From: Callorhinchus milii
Lineage: Eukaryota
Assembly (NCBI RefSeq): GCF_018977255.1
Contig: NW_024704743.1
Location: 96,660,001 to 96,724,000, forward strand
Reading direction: 5' to 3'
DNA: 64,000 bases
Below are positions 38,371 to 51,907 of the stretch, piece by piece. The first letter of the stretch is position 1. Each line of letters opens with the position of its first letter. The notes beneath the pieces were generated by a model. That model was not told the origin of the DNA. It worked only from the letters and a program-made list of their open reading frames with translations, and did not search any database. The position numbers were made by a program, and so were the translations under genes.

Positions 38371-39761
38371 ATATTATTCCAAACCTGCCATTTTCCATTC
38401 CAGAGGCCAGGTATGTACTGGCCGGCAATTTTGTGTTTTAGTTAGAAAAAGATTGACTGACAAAGAATGGGAGCATTCTCATGACTTTGGCTTGTTTTGC
38501 CCCATTTACACTGAGAGAATGAACTGAGTGCAGATGTGTTGGACTGAAATGAATTTAATCTCCCTCGTGCTTATACTCCCTTGTGCCTGCCCTGTGTCAA
38601 GACATGTGCCAGACAGCATTGGATTACCTGGCCAACCCATGTGCTGATGTGTCAGGTACAACAAGAATCCAGTAGGGATTAAAATTAATCTCTCAGTCTG
38701 CTTCATTTCAGTCAATTTTAATATGGAACTGGTTTTAAACCAGTCCAGTTTAAAATTACCCCCCTCAGGTTTATACTGACCTGCTTGGTACACAGAGATA
38801 TAGTTGCAATGTATAAGAAATTGTATATGTATTAATGTACAGAATTATTTAAGCAAAATTCACATTAAATATAATCGAAGGTTTAAAGCAATTTTTATTA
38901 GAAGCATGAAACTTTCCAGTCGTCTGCATAATGTAGACGAACTTTAATGAAGAAATTGTTTTCTGCTCTCAAGAATGAGTCGCAACCTCGCATAAAAAAG
39001 ACAAACAGTTTCTTCAGTTTCCAGATAAGCAATGCATCAGGCATCCATTTTACATGTTTTCGATCGTCATTTTAAGTGTTGGAGCTTATTATATACAATG
39101 TTTTACTATTTTAGAAACATGGAAATAAATGGAGTCGCTACACTTGACATCAAATACTTAATAATAACAATTCTTGCATTTGATATAGCAATGATCACAT
39201 CTTCAAAACGTCTCAAACGCTTCACAGAGATATACTGCAAAGTGAATAGACTATATTTTGTGGGCGAAACTTGTGATGTGCACTGAGATAGAAAGTGGGG
39301 GGGTAGGTAGTGTGGGCAGGGGGAAGAAATGTGCCATGTGATATGATTATAATTGTGACAAAGAAACAAGATGCGGTTACAAGGTGCCATTAAAATCTGT
39401 CCTTAATGAAAGGTTTGAGAGTGACAATTCCCCTCATGACTTAGTGGTTTTGCCCAGTTCTACTGACATGATGGAGTGACGAGTCTGCTAGTTACCCTGA
39501 CTGTGAGAGCAGTGATTCAACCCTGCTTCCCCAGATTGAAATGAATCCTGTCCATGGTAAAGCAGTGTTGAATCGTTGCTCTGGTGGCCAGGAATAATGA
39601 ATAATAGTGATCCCGTTTGCTAAAAATAAATTTGGGCAACATTGACTGTCCAACAAGACAGACAAAACCATTCTCATGATGTGTGTATGTGGGGGAGAAT
39701 GGTAATCTTCACATTTTTTTACTTGTGACAATTATTCCATCGCGTACTACATTTTTGCCCA

Positions 39762-40442
39762 TTGAGTTCATCTTTGAAGGTGGCAGGACAGGTAGATAAA
39801 GCTGTTGAAAAAGTATATGGGATAATAGGCTTTATAAATAGTCAGGAAATTATGATGAACCTTTATAAAACACTGGCTAGGCCTCAGCTGGAGTACTGTG
39901 TTCAGTTCTTGGCACCACACTTTAGGAAGGATGTCAAGACATTGGAGAGGGTGCAAAGGAGATTTACCAGGATGGTACCAGGACTGAGGGACTTCAGTTA
40001 TCAGGAGAGGCTAGAGAAGCTAGGGTTATTCTCCTTGGAGAACATAAGGTTAGGAGGAGAGTTAATAGAAGTTTTCAAAATTATGAGGGGATTTGATAGG
40101 GTGAACAAGGAGAAACTATTTCCATTGGCGGGTGGGTCGGTAACCCGAGGACACCAATTTAAAATAGTTGTTAAAAGAAACAGAGGGGAGGTGAGGAGAC
40201 ATTTTTTTCATGCCACGAGTTGTTTGGATCTGGAATGCATTGCCTGAAAGGGTGGTGGAAGCCAATTCGATAACAACTTTTAAGAGAGAAATAGATAATT
40301 ATTTGGGAAGGACAGATTTGCAGGGCTATGGGGAGAGAGCGGGGGAATGGGATTGAATTGGATAGCTATTTCCAAAGAGCGACACAGACACAATGGGCCG
40401 AATGACCTCCTTCTGTGCTGTATAATTCTATGATTCTATGAT
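39762..40442 (+). mobile_element. CR1 (shark HER1-like) LINE 3' end
   Basis: 161 aa ORF containing LYKTLARPQLEYCVQF, LERVQRRFTRMVPGL and TRGHQFK; tail ATGGGCCGAATGACCTCCTTCTGTGCTG followed by (ATTCTATG)2. Confidence 0.95.
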
Positions 40443-40754
40443 TGTACCTACACTGTAAAAGAAAAATAGTCCTAAACTCTGAATTAGAGTAAAAAGGCTG
40501 ATAGACGGAGGGAAAGCACAAGATAATGATTGGCAATGATAGCATGTGCTCTAACAGTAGCAATTTTGCTGTAAATTACATTATTTTTAAAGAGTCTCAG
40601 GTCTTTAATTGGCTCAAAACAATGGAGAGTCATCCCTGGTGCCAGTCAGGAATGTGTATTGGTAACCTCTGAGCTCATGTATGCAATCTCTGAATTCTCT
40701 TATGCTGCAGAACGCTATAGAGTGACATTTTCTCTGTCTCGCTCTATGTTTTTG

Positions 40755-41082
40755 GTTAGTTGGGTGCCTAGTACACATGGAGGCCCATTACCACTCTTAA
40801 GAGTATCAAACTACTGAGGGTTCAACATATGCTGGAAATTGCTGATTGTCTGGAATGGAATGCATATAAGGATGTAACTTGCTCACCTAATGCCAGAAAG
40901 TAGTATACACAGATTGGCAGGAGTCAATGTTTGGGGACTCCAAAGTTTGCATTGCATTAATATTCCAATTAAAGTTTGCATTGGGGTAATGCTGGAGTCT
41001 AACCAATTAAAACTCCGCAGCTTGCTATTACAAACCCTGACTTGCAAGCTTTCTCATGCTTGTCCAGCTAGGACCACCCTAC
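40755..41082 (-). mobile_element. Family X retroposon copy
   Basis: Aligns with 9389-9712. Confidence 0.7.
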
Positions 41083-41084
41083 CC

Positions 41085-41712
41085 ATGACCAAAGGAGGAT
41101 GACCAAAAGCAGTCGAAGAGGAGGGTCTTGAGATGGGTCTTGAAGGAGGCAAGGGAGGGGGCGAGACGGAGGGACTGTGGATGGAGTTCCAGAGGGTGGG
41201 GCCAGAAGGTCTGCCCACCAATGGTGGGGTGAGCGAGGCAGGGGACGTATAGCAGGCCGGAGCCTGCTGAGCAGAGGGAGCGGGCAAGATGGTAGGGAGT
41301 TACGAGGTCGCAGAGGTAGGGGGGAGCAAGACCGTGGAGGGCCTTGAAGGTGAGGACCAGGATCTTGAATTGTATCCTCTGTGTGATGGGAAGCCAATGG
41401 AGTCGGACAAGGATGGCGGTAATAGGGTCACGGAGCCTGGTGCGGGAGAGGACATGGGCTGCAGGGTTCCGGATGATCTGCAGCCTATGGAGGGAGGAGT
41501 TGGAGAGGCCGACAAGCAAGGAGTTTGCATAGTCGAGCCTCGATGTAATGAAAGCGTGTATGAGGGTTTCAGTTGCCTGATGTGTGAGAGAGTAGCGGAG
41601 CTGGGCGATGTTGAGGAGGTGGGGGAAGGCAGAGGGGTCATGGTACAGATGTGGGATAGAAAGGATAGTTGAGAGTCAAACAAGACGTCAAGGTTCTGTA
41701 CTGGCTTAGTGT
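41085..41712 (-). mobile_element. L2 ORF2 C-terminal fragment
   Basis: RLHWLPITQRIQFKILVLTFKALHGLAPPYL and FKTHLKTLLF. Confidence 0.93.
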
Positions 41713-43894
41713 GCATCTTACTAAGAGACTATCGAGAGCACCACAGAAAGTTGACTCTATTTTAATATTCCAATACAAAGCATGTTATCTTGGAGCCAGT
41801 TTACCTCCCTTCCAATTAGGATAGTCTCTATATTACATGCACACACATTTATATAATGTATAGAATGATAGATATATCTGTTGAGGTGGATGACCTATTG
41901 GTAACTCTCATTCTTTCCATTGTAAAATGCTTTCATTTAATTGCTTTGATTCAATTTGATCAGAAATACATATCATTGTTGTCATCTCTTGTTCGTAGGT
42001 TAACTGGCCAGTCTGTTAGTGCCATAAATACACAGGAGAGGTCTGTAGAGGTTAGATATAGCTTAACGTTGATGATTTAAAAAATTAACTATACAGGAAA
42101 GCAAGACTGCAAAACAAGCTGTCAATCTCTGCGCACAATTTGCACCTTTATGAACTTTCCTGGTTTATTTAATCTCCTAAGGGAGGTGAATGGCCACATG
42201 TAAATCCTTGAACAAAGAGAAAACTGTAAAATTCCTACCTGACCCCAAAGGCGATTTAGCAAAAACTTCAGGACATTAATCTGACAAAATAATATTTATG
42301 CGCCTCTAAACTTTCACTGGTTGCTATGCACAGATGACATTCCCATGATCACAACTGGAGTGATGTTATTAGGTATTGTGGAGTATTTAACCACTTACAC
42401 AAGCATCTGTTTTCTGTTTGTGTAAGTGATTAAATAAGGGCTCTGGGACGCTACCCTGTGTGAAGGGCACTTTATAAATGCAAGTTGTTTTTGTTGTATC
42501 TGTTTCATAATATTCAACCTGCCTCATGAGCAGGTATTTTTTCATTTTTTGAAAGAGGTAACCGATTCTACATACTTACAACAACAGTACACTATATACC
42601 CTTCACACTGGGTAAGATTCTTGGAATACTTAGATTTACAACTTTGCAAAAAAATTATTTAAAATTCTAGTCACTAGTCTTATTTAAGGCTTATTCATTT
42701 TGCATTACATCCTTATTTCAGAGACCCCGCTTAACCCTTACATTAACATTACATCCAGGGAAACTGCAGGCTCAGAGAACTAGCCATTTTAAAGTCTTCA
42801 ACTCATGGACTATTTTAGATCATTTATAGAGCATTTTCTTCACTGCTGACATTCTATTTTGTAATCATATGTTTCTTCAATTGTGCCTTAGCATTATGTT
42901 AAATGTTAGGATCACATGAACCATCTTCTATCTGAACACCTTACAGTTCTCAAATGCAGTCCTATCTTTACAAGGCTCCAAAATATATGAACCAGAGTCT
43001 TGCTCATTTCCTTGCTCATAGATTTACATGGACTGCACAGCAGCGAAACAGGTTCCTCAGCCCAACCAGTCTGTGCTGGTGCTTATACTCCACATGAATT
43101 TCCACCTAAAAACTTTCACAGTTCCTTATCTTTTCAGTAGTGTATTCCATCTGGCCCAGGATTTCTGTGAACATTTTTGTCAGAATTTCCCTTTATTTAA
43201 GTACCTTTTAGTCACAGGGACTGGCATCTTCCTTTTGACTGGTGTGAATGCTATCTTAGCAATAATTGCTGAAATCTACTTTTTCTCTGCAGAATTATAC
43301 CCAGCCACAATAGATTAGTGCACAGTTATTACACGTTGTTAGTAACTGATTACCACGTGCTGCAACTGAGTAAAATAAGGCAAGCTAGCATTTTTCTGCA
43401 TGTTAATCATCTGTCTCATAACATATATTTGAAATAGGATTTGATACCTCCTACACTGTTTGCCTAACATTAAATCATAAACCTCCCTCAATATTTTGCT
43501 AAATATGAATCTGGTATGATTTATGCAACTATACAGAGCCATTAATACTTACTATGATGTGATCACTAAATCATATTAGGATTTATAAGCAATGGAAATG
43601 TTTCATGTACTGCAATCGGATTATATTATAAAGTTGATTTAAGGGACACTAATGAATATGGTATAAATTAAAACTGCTGTCCACCAACATTTTGGTTTAC
43701 AAATTACTTGGCACAAGCCAAGCCACCTTTTACAAGTCATATATCAAGGAAATAAGGACTCAGAGGATAAGATGGCCTATATGTCAAAACATGAAATAAT
43801 CACAAAAGCTCTGAACCTGTATTTATTCTTTTGCTGGGGAACTTATGTTTAGGACTACCCCTCTAAGTATTATTAACAGTTTATCATTATTATT

Positions 43895-44270
43895 TATAAT
43901 AATCCTTGCATTTGATATAGCCTTATCACCCCATTGAGACATCGCAATGCCCTTCACAGGATTTTCTTCTGTGTATTTATAGGGGAATGCAGCAGCCAAT
44001 TTGTCCCATAGAGAGCCATGAAGTGTATGACCAATTTTATTTGGGAGATTGTTTGCCAGGACACCAGGAAAAACTCTTTCTCTTTTCAAGTAGTGGAATG
44101 GGATCTTTAACGTCCACCTTAACAGCCAGATGGGACCTCGGTTTAACGTATCATCCGAAAGACATTGCTGTGCCCATACAACTGAACTTTACAGTAAATC
44201 TTGTGAAGCACTTTGAGACATCCTTCCAATGTGAAAGGGGCTATACCAAATGCAAGGATTATTATCATTA
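43895..44270. mobile_element. Deu SINE (minus) joined directly to a SINE tail (plus)
   Basis: Tails at both ends pointing outward; orientation switch near 44160. Confidence 0.75.
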
Positions 44271-44794
44271 CAGTGCTTGAGTGCAGCTAAAATACGATAC
44301 TCAGCTTCCTCAGTCAGAATTCTGAGACGCTGCCATCAAATGCTGACTTCAGAATGTAAATCAAACTCAGGCTTGAAGTCAGGAATAAAAGAAACCATCC
44401 AGCTGAAATGGAGGAGGTGGGAGTTCACTTTCACAGCCAGTCTCCAGGAATGGATGGAAAATGTGACCAGTTCCATAACATGTTTGTATTATCGACTTAT
44501 GAAATATCGCATTTTTCCGACCCACATGCACTTACAGTGATAAAACCACTCAAATATTAAGATATAAATATTACCATAACCTACAAAATAAGCACAATAG
44601 TTTAAAATATTAAAATGTTACCTCCATTTGCCCACTTGTCACTTTTTTTTCATTATCCCCTCTTAATTTTAACTTTCTTTTACTTACTATTTTCTACCTA
44701 CTTAACCTTTCTTCCCACCTCTTTCTAATTTTCTAAAAATCGGATCAAAGTTACTTAAAAGCGCTTTATATAGCCTTAACACTGGCTTCATGGG

Positions 44795-44990
44795 TCTGGT
44801 TTGCAGCCAAAGACCTGGTGAAAGATTGATGATTGACAGAGCTGGACCATGCATATGATGCTGTGGATATCTGGCACGATTGGCACATCTAAAGCAGATC
44901 GTGGAGGCTGTAAACAAGTCAAATCATCATCATTGTCTCCTGAGACCTGCCAGGACAAGAATGAGTGAACTCATCCATGGTGCTCCAAGT
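44795..44990 (+). mobile_element. Decayed Myb/SANT-like (NAIF1/MSANTD-type) ORF of a Harbinger transposon
   Basis: FAAKDLV.(frameshift)LM...KQIVEAVNKSN...RTRMSELIHGA resembles the recalled pattern FS..DL..L...W..IA..VN......R...QCRKRMNDL.R.A. Confidence 0.45.
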
Positions 44991-45559
44991 GTTAAATCTG
45001 TATGGCGCTATTGAGGTTTTGTTTGCTTAGTTTAACTTATCATCAATGGTAAATTACCAGGTGTGAATGTGGAAAATACCTTTCTTACAGGTCTGCAGTA
45101 AGTGGACATGTTTTGTGTTTGTTATTGGTATGAACACCTTCTCAACCACAAACGAGGAGGTTCAGGCATTGTTTCATTGAGATTGTAATAACATATAACA
45201 TATGCCTAAATATATTCGTCTACAAATAGGTTCTCTGGCACTCATTCCAGAGTCCCTTTGACTTGCCCCTCCCTCTCCATGTTCAAATTCTCCTCAAGAC
45301 TTACCTCTTTACAGATTTGGTCATCTTCTCCCCCCCCACAACATCCACCTTCCAATCCTCTTCAGCTGCTCCCCACCCCCCACCCAGCCAGTAGCATGAA
45401 GTGCTTTGAGATGTCCTCCTGACATGAAAGGGTCGATATAAATGTAAATTTGCATTGTAAGTGCTCATTACACCTCACAGTAAATCCTGTGCAACAATTA
45501 CTATTATGATTAACATAGATATCTCTTGAAAACTTAATTAAATTCTGCCAGCCATGTAT

Positions 45560-45940
45560 TGTACAACAACTTGCACTTAAATAGCACCTCACACGCAGCA
45601 AAACATCTCAAAACACTTGCGAGAGATAAAGTGAGGAATGACAAGGTTAAAGAGGAAGGTTTTAAGCAGAATTTGAAAGCAGAAAGGGAGGGATTTGGGA
45701 AGAGACTCCCAGAGAACAGAGTTAAAGTGACTGAAAGCTCATCCACCAAACTGGTGGGTCAAAGGAGATAGGGACTTGAAGCAAGCCTAAGCTGACATAG
45801 AGAGGGTGTGGGCAGAAGAGTAGGGGCACACACAATCGCAGAGGTAAGGACGGGTGAGGTCATGGAGGCATTTGAAAGTTAGAATGGAGATAATCGAGTC
45901 AATCTGCTGTGGAATAGGCAGCCAGTGGAGCATGGCATCC
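45560..45940 (-). mobile_element. Old L2 3' fragment
   Basis: HWLPIPQQI and FKCLHDL remnants plus tail. Confidence 0.78.
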
Positions 45941-46280
45941 TGAAGAGATTTTGATTCAATCTGAGATTTGATTTTCAGGATTTGATTATGACAAATTTAT
46001 TGTCTGTAGTTTGCAGGATCCAGAACTGCATGGAAATAAACTCAAAATTCAGAGCTGGGAGCTGAGCTGAGGCTACGCAAGTGCAGGTCTCCCTGCTTCA
46101 CATTGCGGTAAATCACACTTACCAATCCTGTTATTTTTTTGGTTAGCCGGTGTCTCACACATGCGGGAACCCATCACCAAGGTAAAAACTATCCAGACCA
46201 AACAGAGATTTCCATGTATCCCACCTAGAATTGGAAATTCCTGAGATATTTATTGGAATGGAATGTGCATTCTCTCCCTG

Positions 46281-46570
46281 GAGGGATGCCTCCTGCTTAT
46301 CTAATACTAGAGAGTATTAGGCACAGCTTGTCTTTCTTTTAAATTGTACTTACCACTGTTTGATATCAAGAATCAGTCTCTCATCCACTCTGCCTGGTTG
46401 TTCTGTTCTGTCTACTCTGCCTCCCTGTCCAAAACCAGGACAAAAAGGTAGAGTGGACAAACGGGTGGATTAGAGACCGATTCCTGATATCAAACAGCAT
46501 AAATACAATTTAACAGAAAGACAACCTGCACCAAATACTCTCTGGTAATAAATAAGCAGGATATCCACTC
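46281..46570. repeat. Long imperfect inverted repeat (arms 46281-46430 and 46438-46570, 7 nt spacer)
   Basis: Left CCTGCTTATCTAATACTAGAGAGTATTAGGCACAGCTTGTCTTTCTTTTAAATTGTA... versus reverse complement of right CCTGCTTATTTATTACCAGAGAGTATTTGGTGCAGGTTGTCTTTCTGTTAAATTGTA... Confidence 0.9.
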
Positions 46571-49392
46571 ACCTTCTTTGTCCTGTTCTGCCCACTCTAC
46601 CCCCATAATACAGAATTTTCCTTGTTTGCCTCATTCCTTTTTAAAAGAAACTTTAAACATGTAAGAAGCCACTTTATAGTTATAATTCTTTGCAGCATTC
46701 CTTTGATTCCTAAACACTTGTCTTTCTGTTTTGGATCAGAGCATTGAAGTAGAACGGCAGGTACTGCAGGGAGAGATGCAAAATGACACAGATGGATTGC
46801 AGGTGCTTTACCTCTAATGATTCTCAAATGTCACAAGTCATTTTCATTGTTTACCGACTGTTGAGTGAAGTCAATATTATGGAATAGTGAAAGCTTCTGA
46901 CCGTGCCATTCACTGAACGACTAGACTCAATGTAATTTGATATTGCCTAAATCAGAATTCAGATCAGCAGAGTTCAATGAAGTTTTTCAAGAGGTAGAAT
47001 GCCATAGATTACTTGCAAACCACCAAATATTTTGGATACTGTGTTAGTAATTTGAATAATTACTTACCGAATATTATTTGGGTCCAAATGTTATTTAAGA
47101 TTATGAATGCTTGGGAACCTCTGCAAATGTTCAACGATGAAATGTTCCTTTGCTTTATCTGAGTAGATGTTTCTCCCCAAACACTGAACTGACTGAATCC
47201 ACATGCTTTCTCTTTGTGCATTGGTTCAGGTTACCCACCTCACCTTTGCTTGATTTGATAATGGCCATCTTTGTTTGGGTTCCTGAGTTGATCTTCAAAG
47301 AGATTCACTTAGACCTCTCTATCTTTAGCCTTCTACACTGATCCAACCAAGTCCATTGCAAACTTCAGAAGCATTATCTCATCTTATTCTTAGACATCAT
47401 TGACTACAACCCTGTGGTCTAAATTTGCAGTGATTCGTGATGGAATTTCTTCATAAAGAATCTCATTCACCCATAGTGACTCTGTTAACGAAACGTAAGT
47501 AATTCTGATCCGTGGGAGCTCCACTCCCAACTCAATCCAGGTCTTAGAAGGAGTTACTATTTGTAATTTGATAATAATATTGAATAATTTTATAGCAGTA
47601 CACCAAAAATAATATATTGCTTTGATATAACTTCCTAGCATGTTGTCAAATATCTCAAAGCAAGATTTACTTCATAGGATTTACTGCCTTGTAGTGGTCT
47701 GTATTTATGGGCAAAATGAGTTCTGTTAAAAGTCATTGTAATTCAATTTTCAAATCTCATGCATGTTTTTCTTTGCATAAACCAAACAGACTTGCTCTGA
47801 AATGTCACACTTTTTACAGCTCTTGTACACTTTTTCTTCTTGTATATTTTTTCAACAAAAACACAGTCACTCCGCTGCACAGTAAATCCTGTGAAGTGCA
47901 TTGGGATGTCCTCCTGAAGAGAAAGGCACTATACCAAATGTAAGGATTATTATTAGCAGCATTTCACTGTTTGTTATTGGCCAGTTATCTGTTTCCTGAA
48001 TTAATTCTCATTGATTTCTTCCTATTGTTTATTTTTCTTAACTTGTCCTCTTGACAGAAAGCATCCCCAAAGCTCCCCCACTTCGAATCCGGGGTTGCAT
48101 TACAAACAATCACTTTTTATTCTTTTTCAGACACTCATTGGGTGTCTGAACCCCTGGTTTAGATTTCCATCATATTCATTTTTATACTTATTATTATTAT
48201 TACAACACTTACCAGAGGGACTCAAAGAAAGCTAAATTCAGTGGAATAAATTTGTATATTATACATGTGCATATTTGATCTTTGACACATTAATCAATTA
48301 ATTTTCTGTCCTGCACATTGTAGCGCATACGTTGCCATTATTGCAATGTTCATTTATATAATGCACATAGATATGTTTGTAGGACCTTGCTGTGCACAAA
48401 ACAGCTGCCTTGTTTTCCTACAAAGACAGACATGTCCCTTGGCTGCAATTCCTCATAAAGTATTCTGAGCTGTTTCAATGCTATTTCAAATGCAAGAAGT
48501 ACTATTATAAATAGCGTACGCCCATCGATACAATACTCTAATTTGCACAAATAGCTGCAACCACTTTTCTGAATTTACTGAAACATCGCTTACATTTTAA
48601 TGTTTTTGGAGGGGGGAGTAAAGGGGAAACTGGAAAATTTGTTTGCAGAAATACTCCAATAAAACCTGATGTTCCTGGAACAGGAAGAGTCTGCTGATAA
48701 TAACTATGGGCGATTTTATTGGGCATATATGTCAGACAAAGGGCATTGCAAGAGGTTATTCAGTTTACCAAGAAAAAAACCAAAATAACTCATACAGAGT
48801 ATAATTTGTGATGGGACGCATCATCCAAATTACTACCATTTGTTGAAGCAAAGTAGTTTCACAAATGTAAAAGAAAGCACCAAATCTGATCTCTGTTCTC
48901 TATCTGTACTTCCACTATATGAAACGGTTGTAGTATTTTATCCACATGTATACACAACTCATTCAAGACTATGCACATTTCAGATTCCTTTAAAATCCCA
49001 TACCATCAAATCTTGCCTTCAACATAACATTGGTGATTATGTTAGGCTGTTCAAAGCATTGACTGTTCAAAAATAACATACATACAGTAGGTTGCAGACA
49101 ATAAATAAGCCTTGCATTTGATACAACCCTATAATGTCAAAACATTTCAAAGTGCTTCACAAGCAATTGCAATAAAGTAGAGGTGACTGACCATCTGGGA
49201 AGGAGAAGGAGAATGAAATAATTCATGTGTGTGCAGGTAAATTTGTCTCTATTCTTGAAGAGAAGTTGTTTCATGACCTCTTTGGTGGGTGATTCAGATC
49301 AGAAAAGGTTAAGTTACAAGGATGGAAATTTAGACAATTTGAAGTTCAGATGAAGAATTCTGAAGAATAATGTTATTTTAAGTATATATTGG

Positions 49393-49962
49393 TAATAATA
49401 ATAATCCTTGCGTTTGATATAGTGCCCTATTGCATCATCGAGACATCTCAAAGTGCTTCACAGGATATACTGTAAAGTGATGGGACTTGTTTGTATTTTG
49501 TGGGTGAGTGCATCAGTCAATTTGCATACAACCATGAAATGTGTGATCAATTTTATTTGGGAATTGTTGGCCAGGACACCAAGAGAAACTCCCTTTTCTT
49601 TTTGAATTGTACCATGGGATGTTTAACATCTGGACCTCAGTTTAACGTCTCATCTTAAGGATGATACCTTCTACATGTAGCACATAATAATAATCCCTCC
49701 AAAAAACAAAACAATAATAAATTGGTCATTTTCAATCCACGACTGTTTGTGGGACACTGCTGCTGCGTTTTGCCCACAAATATACAGTCAATTCACTTTA
49801 CAGCCTATTCTGTGAAGCGCTTTGAGACGTTTGGAAGACGTGAAAAGCGCTATATCAAATGCAAGGATTATTATTATTATCATTATATTCCCAGCACTGC
49901 TCTGGCATGTCAGCATGTGGGGCTTGAACCCACAACCTTCTGACTCAAAGGTGAGAGCACTG
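49393..49962 (-). mobile_element. Old tRNA-Deu SINE with a young short-form SINE nested in plus orientation (about 49685-49885)
   Basis: Old body 49393-49670, young insert, old head resumes 49890-49962. Confidence 0.85.
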
Positions 49963-50319
49963 CCACATACACACCGATACACACTGGAAGCAATGATACT
50001 GTAGGAAACAACATGATTACTCAAATTCAGTTTATGGAGTACAATAAATACATTTAGACCGGAACTATTTTGTCTAAAATGCACTCCATTTCTCAGGAAA
50101 TGAGATACTCTTTCATTTCTTATATGGAAAGATCAGATGTGTCTTATACCTTGAAGCAAAGTGTATGTTTATTCGTAAAGTAGGGAGAGAAGAGTATTGC
50201 CAGCTGTAGCCAAGGAAGGCAGGTTCTCCAGTCCATTTCAAGCTAAGGCACATCAAACTCTTACTAATAGTACTTTATCGTCATCAATTGATCATCCTGT
50301 CAGATTTTAAAATAACAAG

Positions 50320-50505
50320 CACAAAACTGTCAACACTCTGTCTGTCACAGGCCCGATGTGTTGTCAGACTGTAGAATATCTCTCTCAGCTGAGACACTAA
50401 GTAGTGAAACCCACTAATGATTTTTCTCAGCATCAGCTCCTGTTTCAACCTGTATGACTTCATTGTGCACCAGCAGATGGTTTTGTACCAAAGTGAATTG
50501 CTCAT
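50320..50505 (-). mobile_element. Possible highly decayed Gypsy pol fragment (pre-integrase zinc-finger region)
   Basis: DEQFTLVQNHLL / ELMLRKII...LREIFYS resembles DELTV.NGLL...EMLRKIH..HLG...RAREIFYWP. Confidence 0.35.
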
Positions 50506-51593
50506 CTTTTTAATCTTTTGAATGACTTTTCATTTTGCATAATCAATAACATTCAAGGCATTTTTGCAAAATTTACAAGGACAAACCTAGGGCATTGTTA
50601 ATACCAACCACCTTGAAATTTGACTAACCCAGTCCACAGTGACACATGATACTATGTCTGAATCCTTACTGTTAACAAAGATAAATTTCGTTTGACACAG
50701 TAAGTGGCAAAGCAATTTTCTTTTACTCGTACAGCCTATCCCATGGTACTTCAACAGGGGTATTTGTAAGGGATTAAATAATGGGCTCAGTAGCCAGTGT
50801 GTGGTTTATTCAGAAGGTCAGGTTTCTCTGTGTCAGTGCAATTCATTTCCTACCAGCAAATATGATTTATTCTCAAGGTTCTGATGAAAAGTCAAAAAAG
50901 GTAATGAGATACAGTGTGCATGTTTCAAGGGAATTATGAGTGGGTCTAATTATTGAAACACTCAAAAGTTATTTGCAATTGAAATTCGCACTAATAAAAG
51001 CAACTGAACTTTTTATTTGTTGCAAAAGACCACAGAATCAAACAAACAGTCTGGATTGTGTGATATTCATTTGTGCCTTATGAGTTTTTGTACTATCTTA
51101 AGCAAATGATCTGTCCAACTCCAAACATTTACAAATATACTGTAATTTTGCAAAATTATGTGATCTTTTATTTCCTCAAATAGGGGCAACTTTTGAGTTC
51201 AGTAAGAAACCCCAGATTCTCAGAACACTATATTTTTGAAATATGGCTTCAAATGGCTTAGTAAACAAATTAGAGGCCCCAAATCTCTCAATGTCTTCGG
51301 TTTAAGACATGTTCTTAAAATGTAAGGTTGTGCAGAAAGTTGAAAAAAGTTATAGTCAGCCTTAACATGGAAGTTAGTTAAAAAGAATTGTGGGAAATCT
51401 ATCTTCCAAATTCGGTCCTTGAGAAATGTTTGAGCCTCAAGTGTCTGAATTTCCAGGCCAAGTTGGCCAGTGATTAAATGTGTTACAGCTTGGAATTAGT
51501 TAAGCAGAGTGTGTTCCTCCATGGAGAGAGTGCACATTCCATTCCAAACACAAACATGTGTAGGTGGGATGCATGGAACTTTCATTTTGGATT

Positions 51594-51907
51594 ATAATAA
51601 TAATAATAATCCTTGCATTTGATATAGCGCTTTTCACGTCTTCTAGACGTCCCAAAGTGCTTCACAGAATATACTGTAAAGTGAATTGACTGTATATTTG
51701 TGGGCGAACGCGGCAGCCAATTGCACACAACAGTGTCCTACAAACAGTCATGGATTGAAAATGACCAATTTATTATTGTTTTGTTGGACGGATTATTATT
51801 AGGCGTGTGGAGTAAGGAAACTTGCCCAAGGTTTTGCCCTGCCTGGAATTGAACTCAGGTCTCTCACTTGCAAAGCGAGTGCTCTAACCACTGAGCTACA
51901 GGACTTC
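51594..51907 (-). mobile_element. Full-length short-form tRNA SINE inserted into a plus-strand family X copy
   Basis: Complete head to tail; TTGGAT repeated at 51587-51592 and 51915-51920. Confidence 0.92.
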
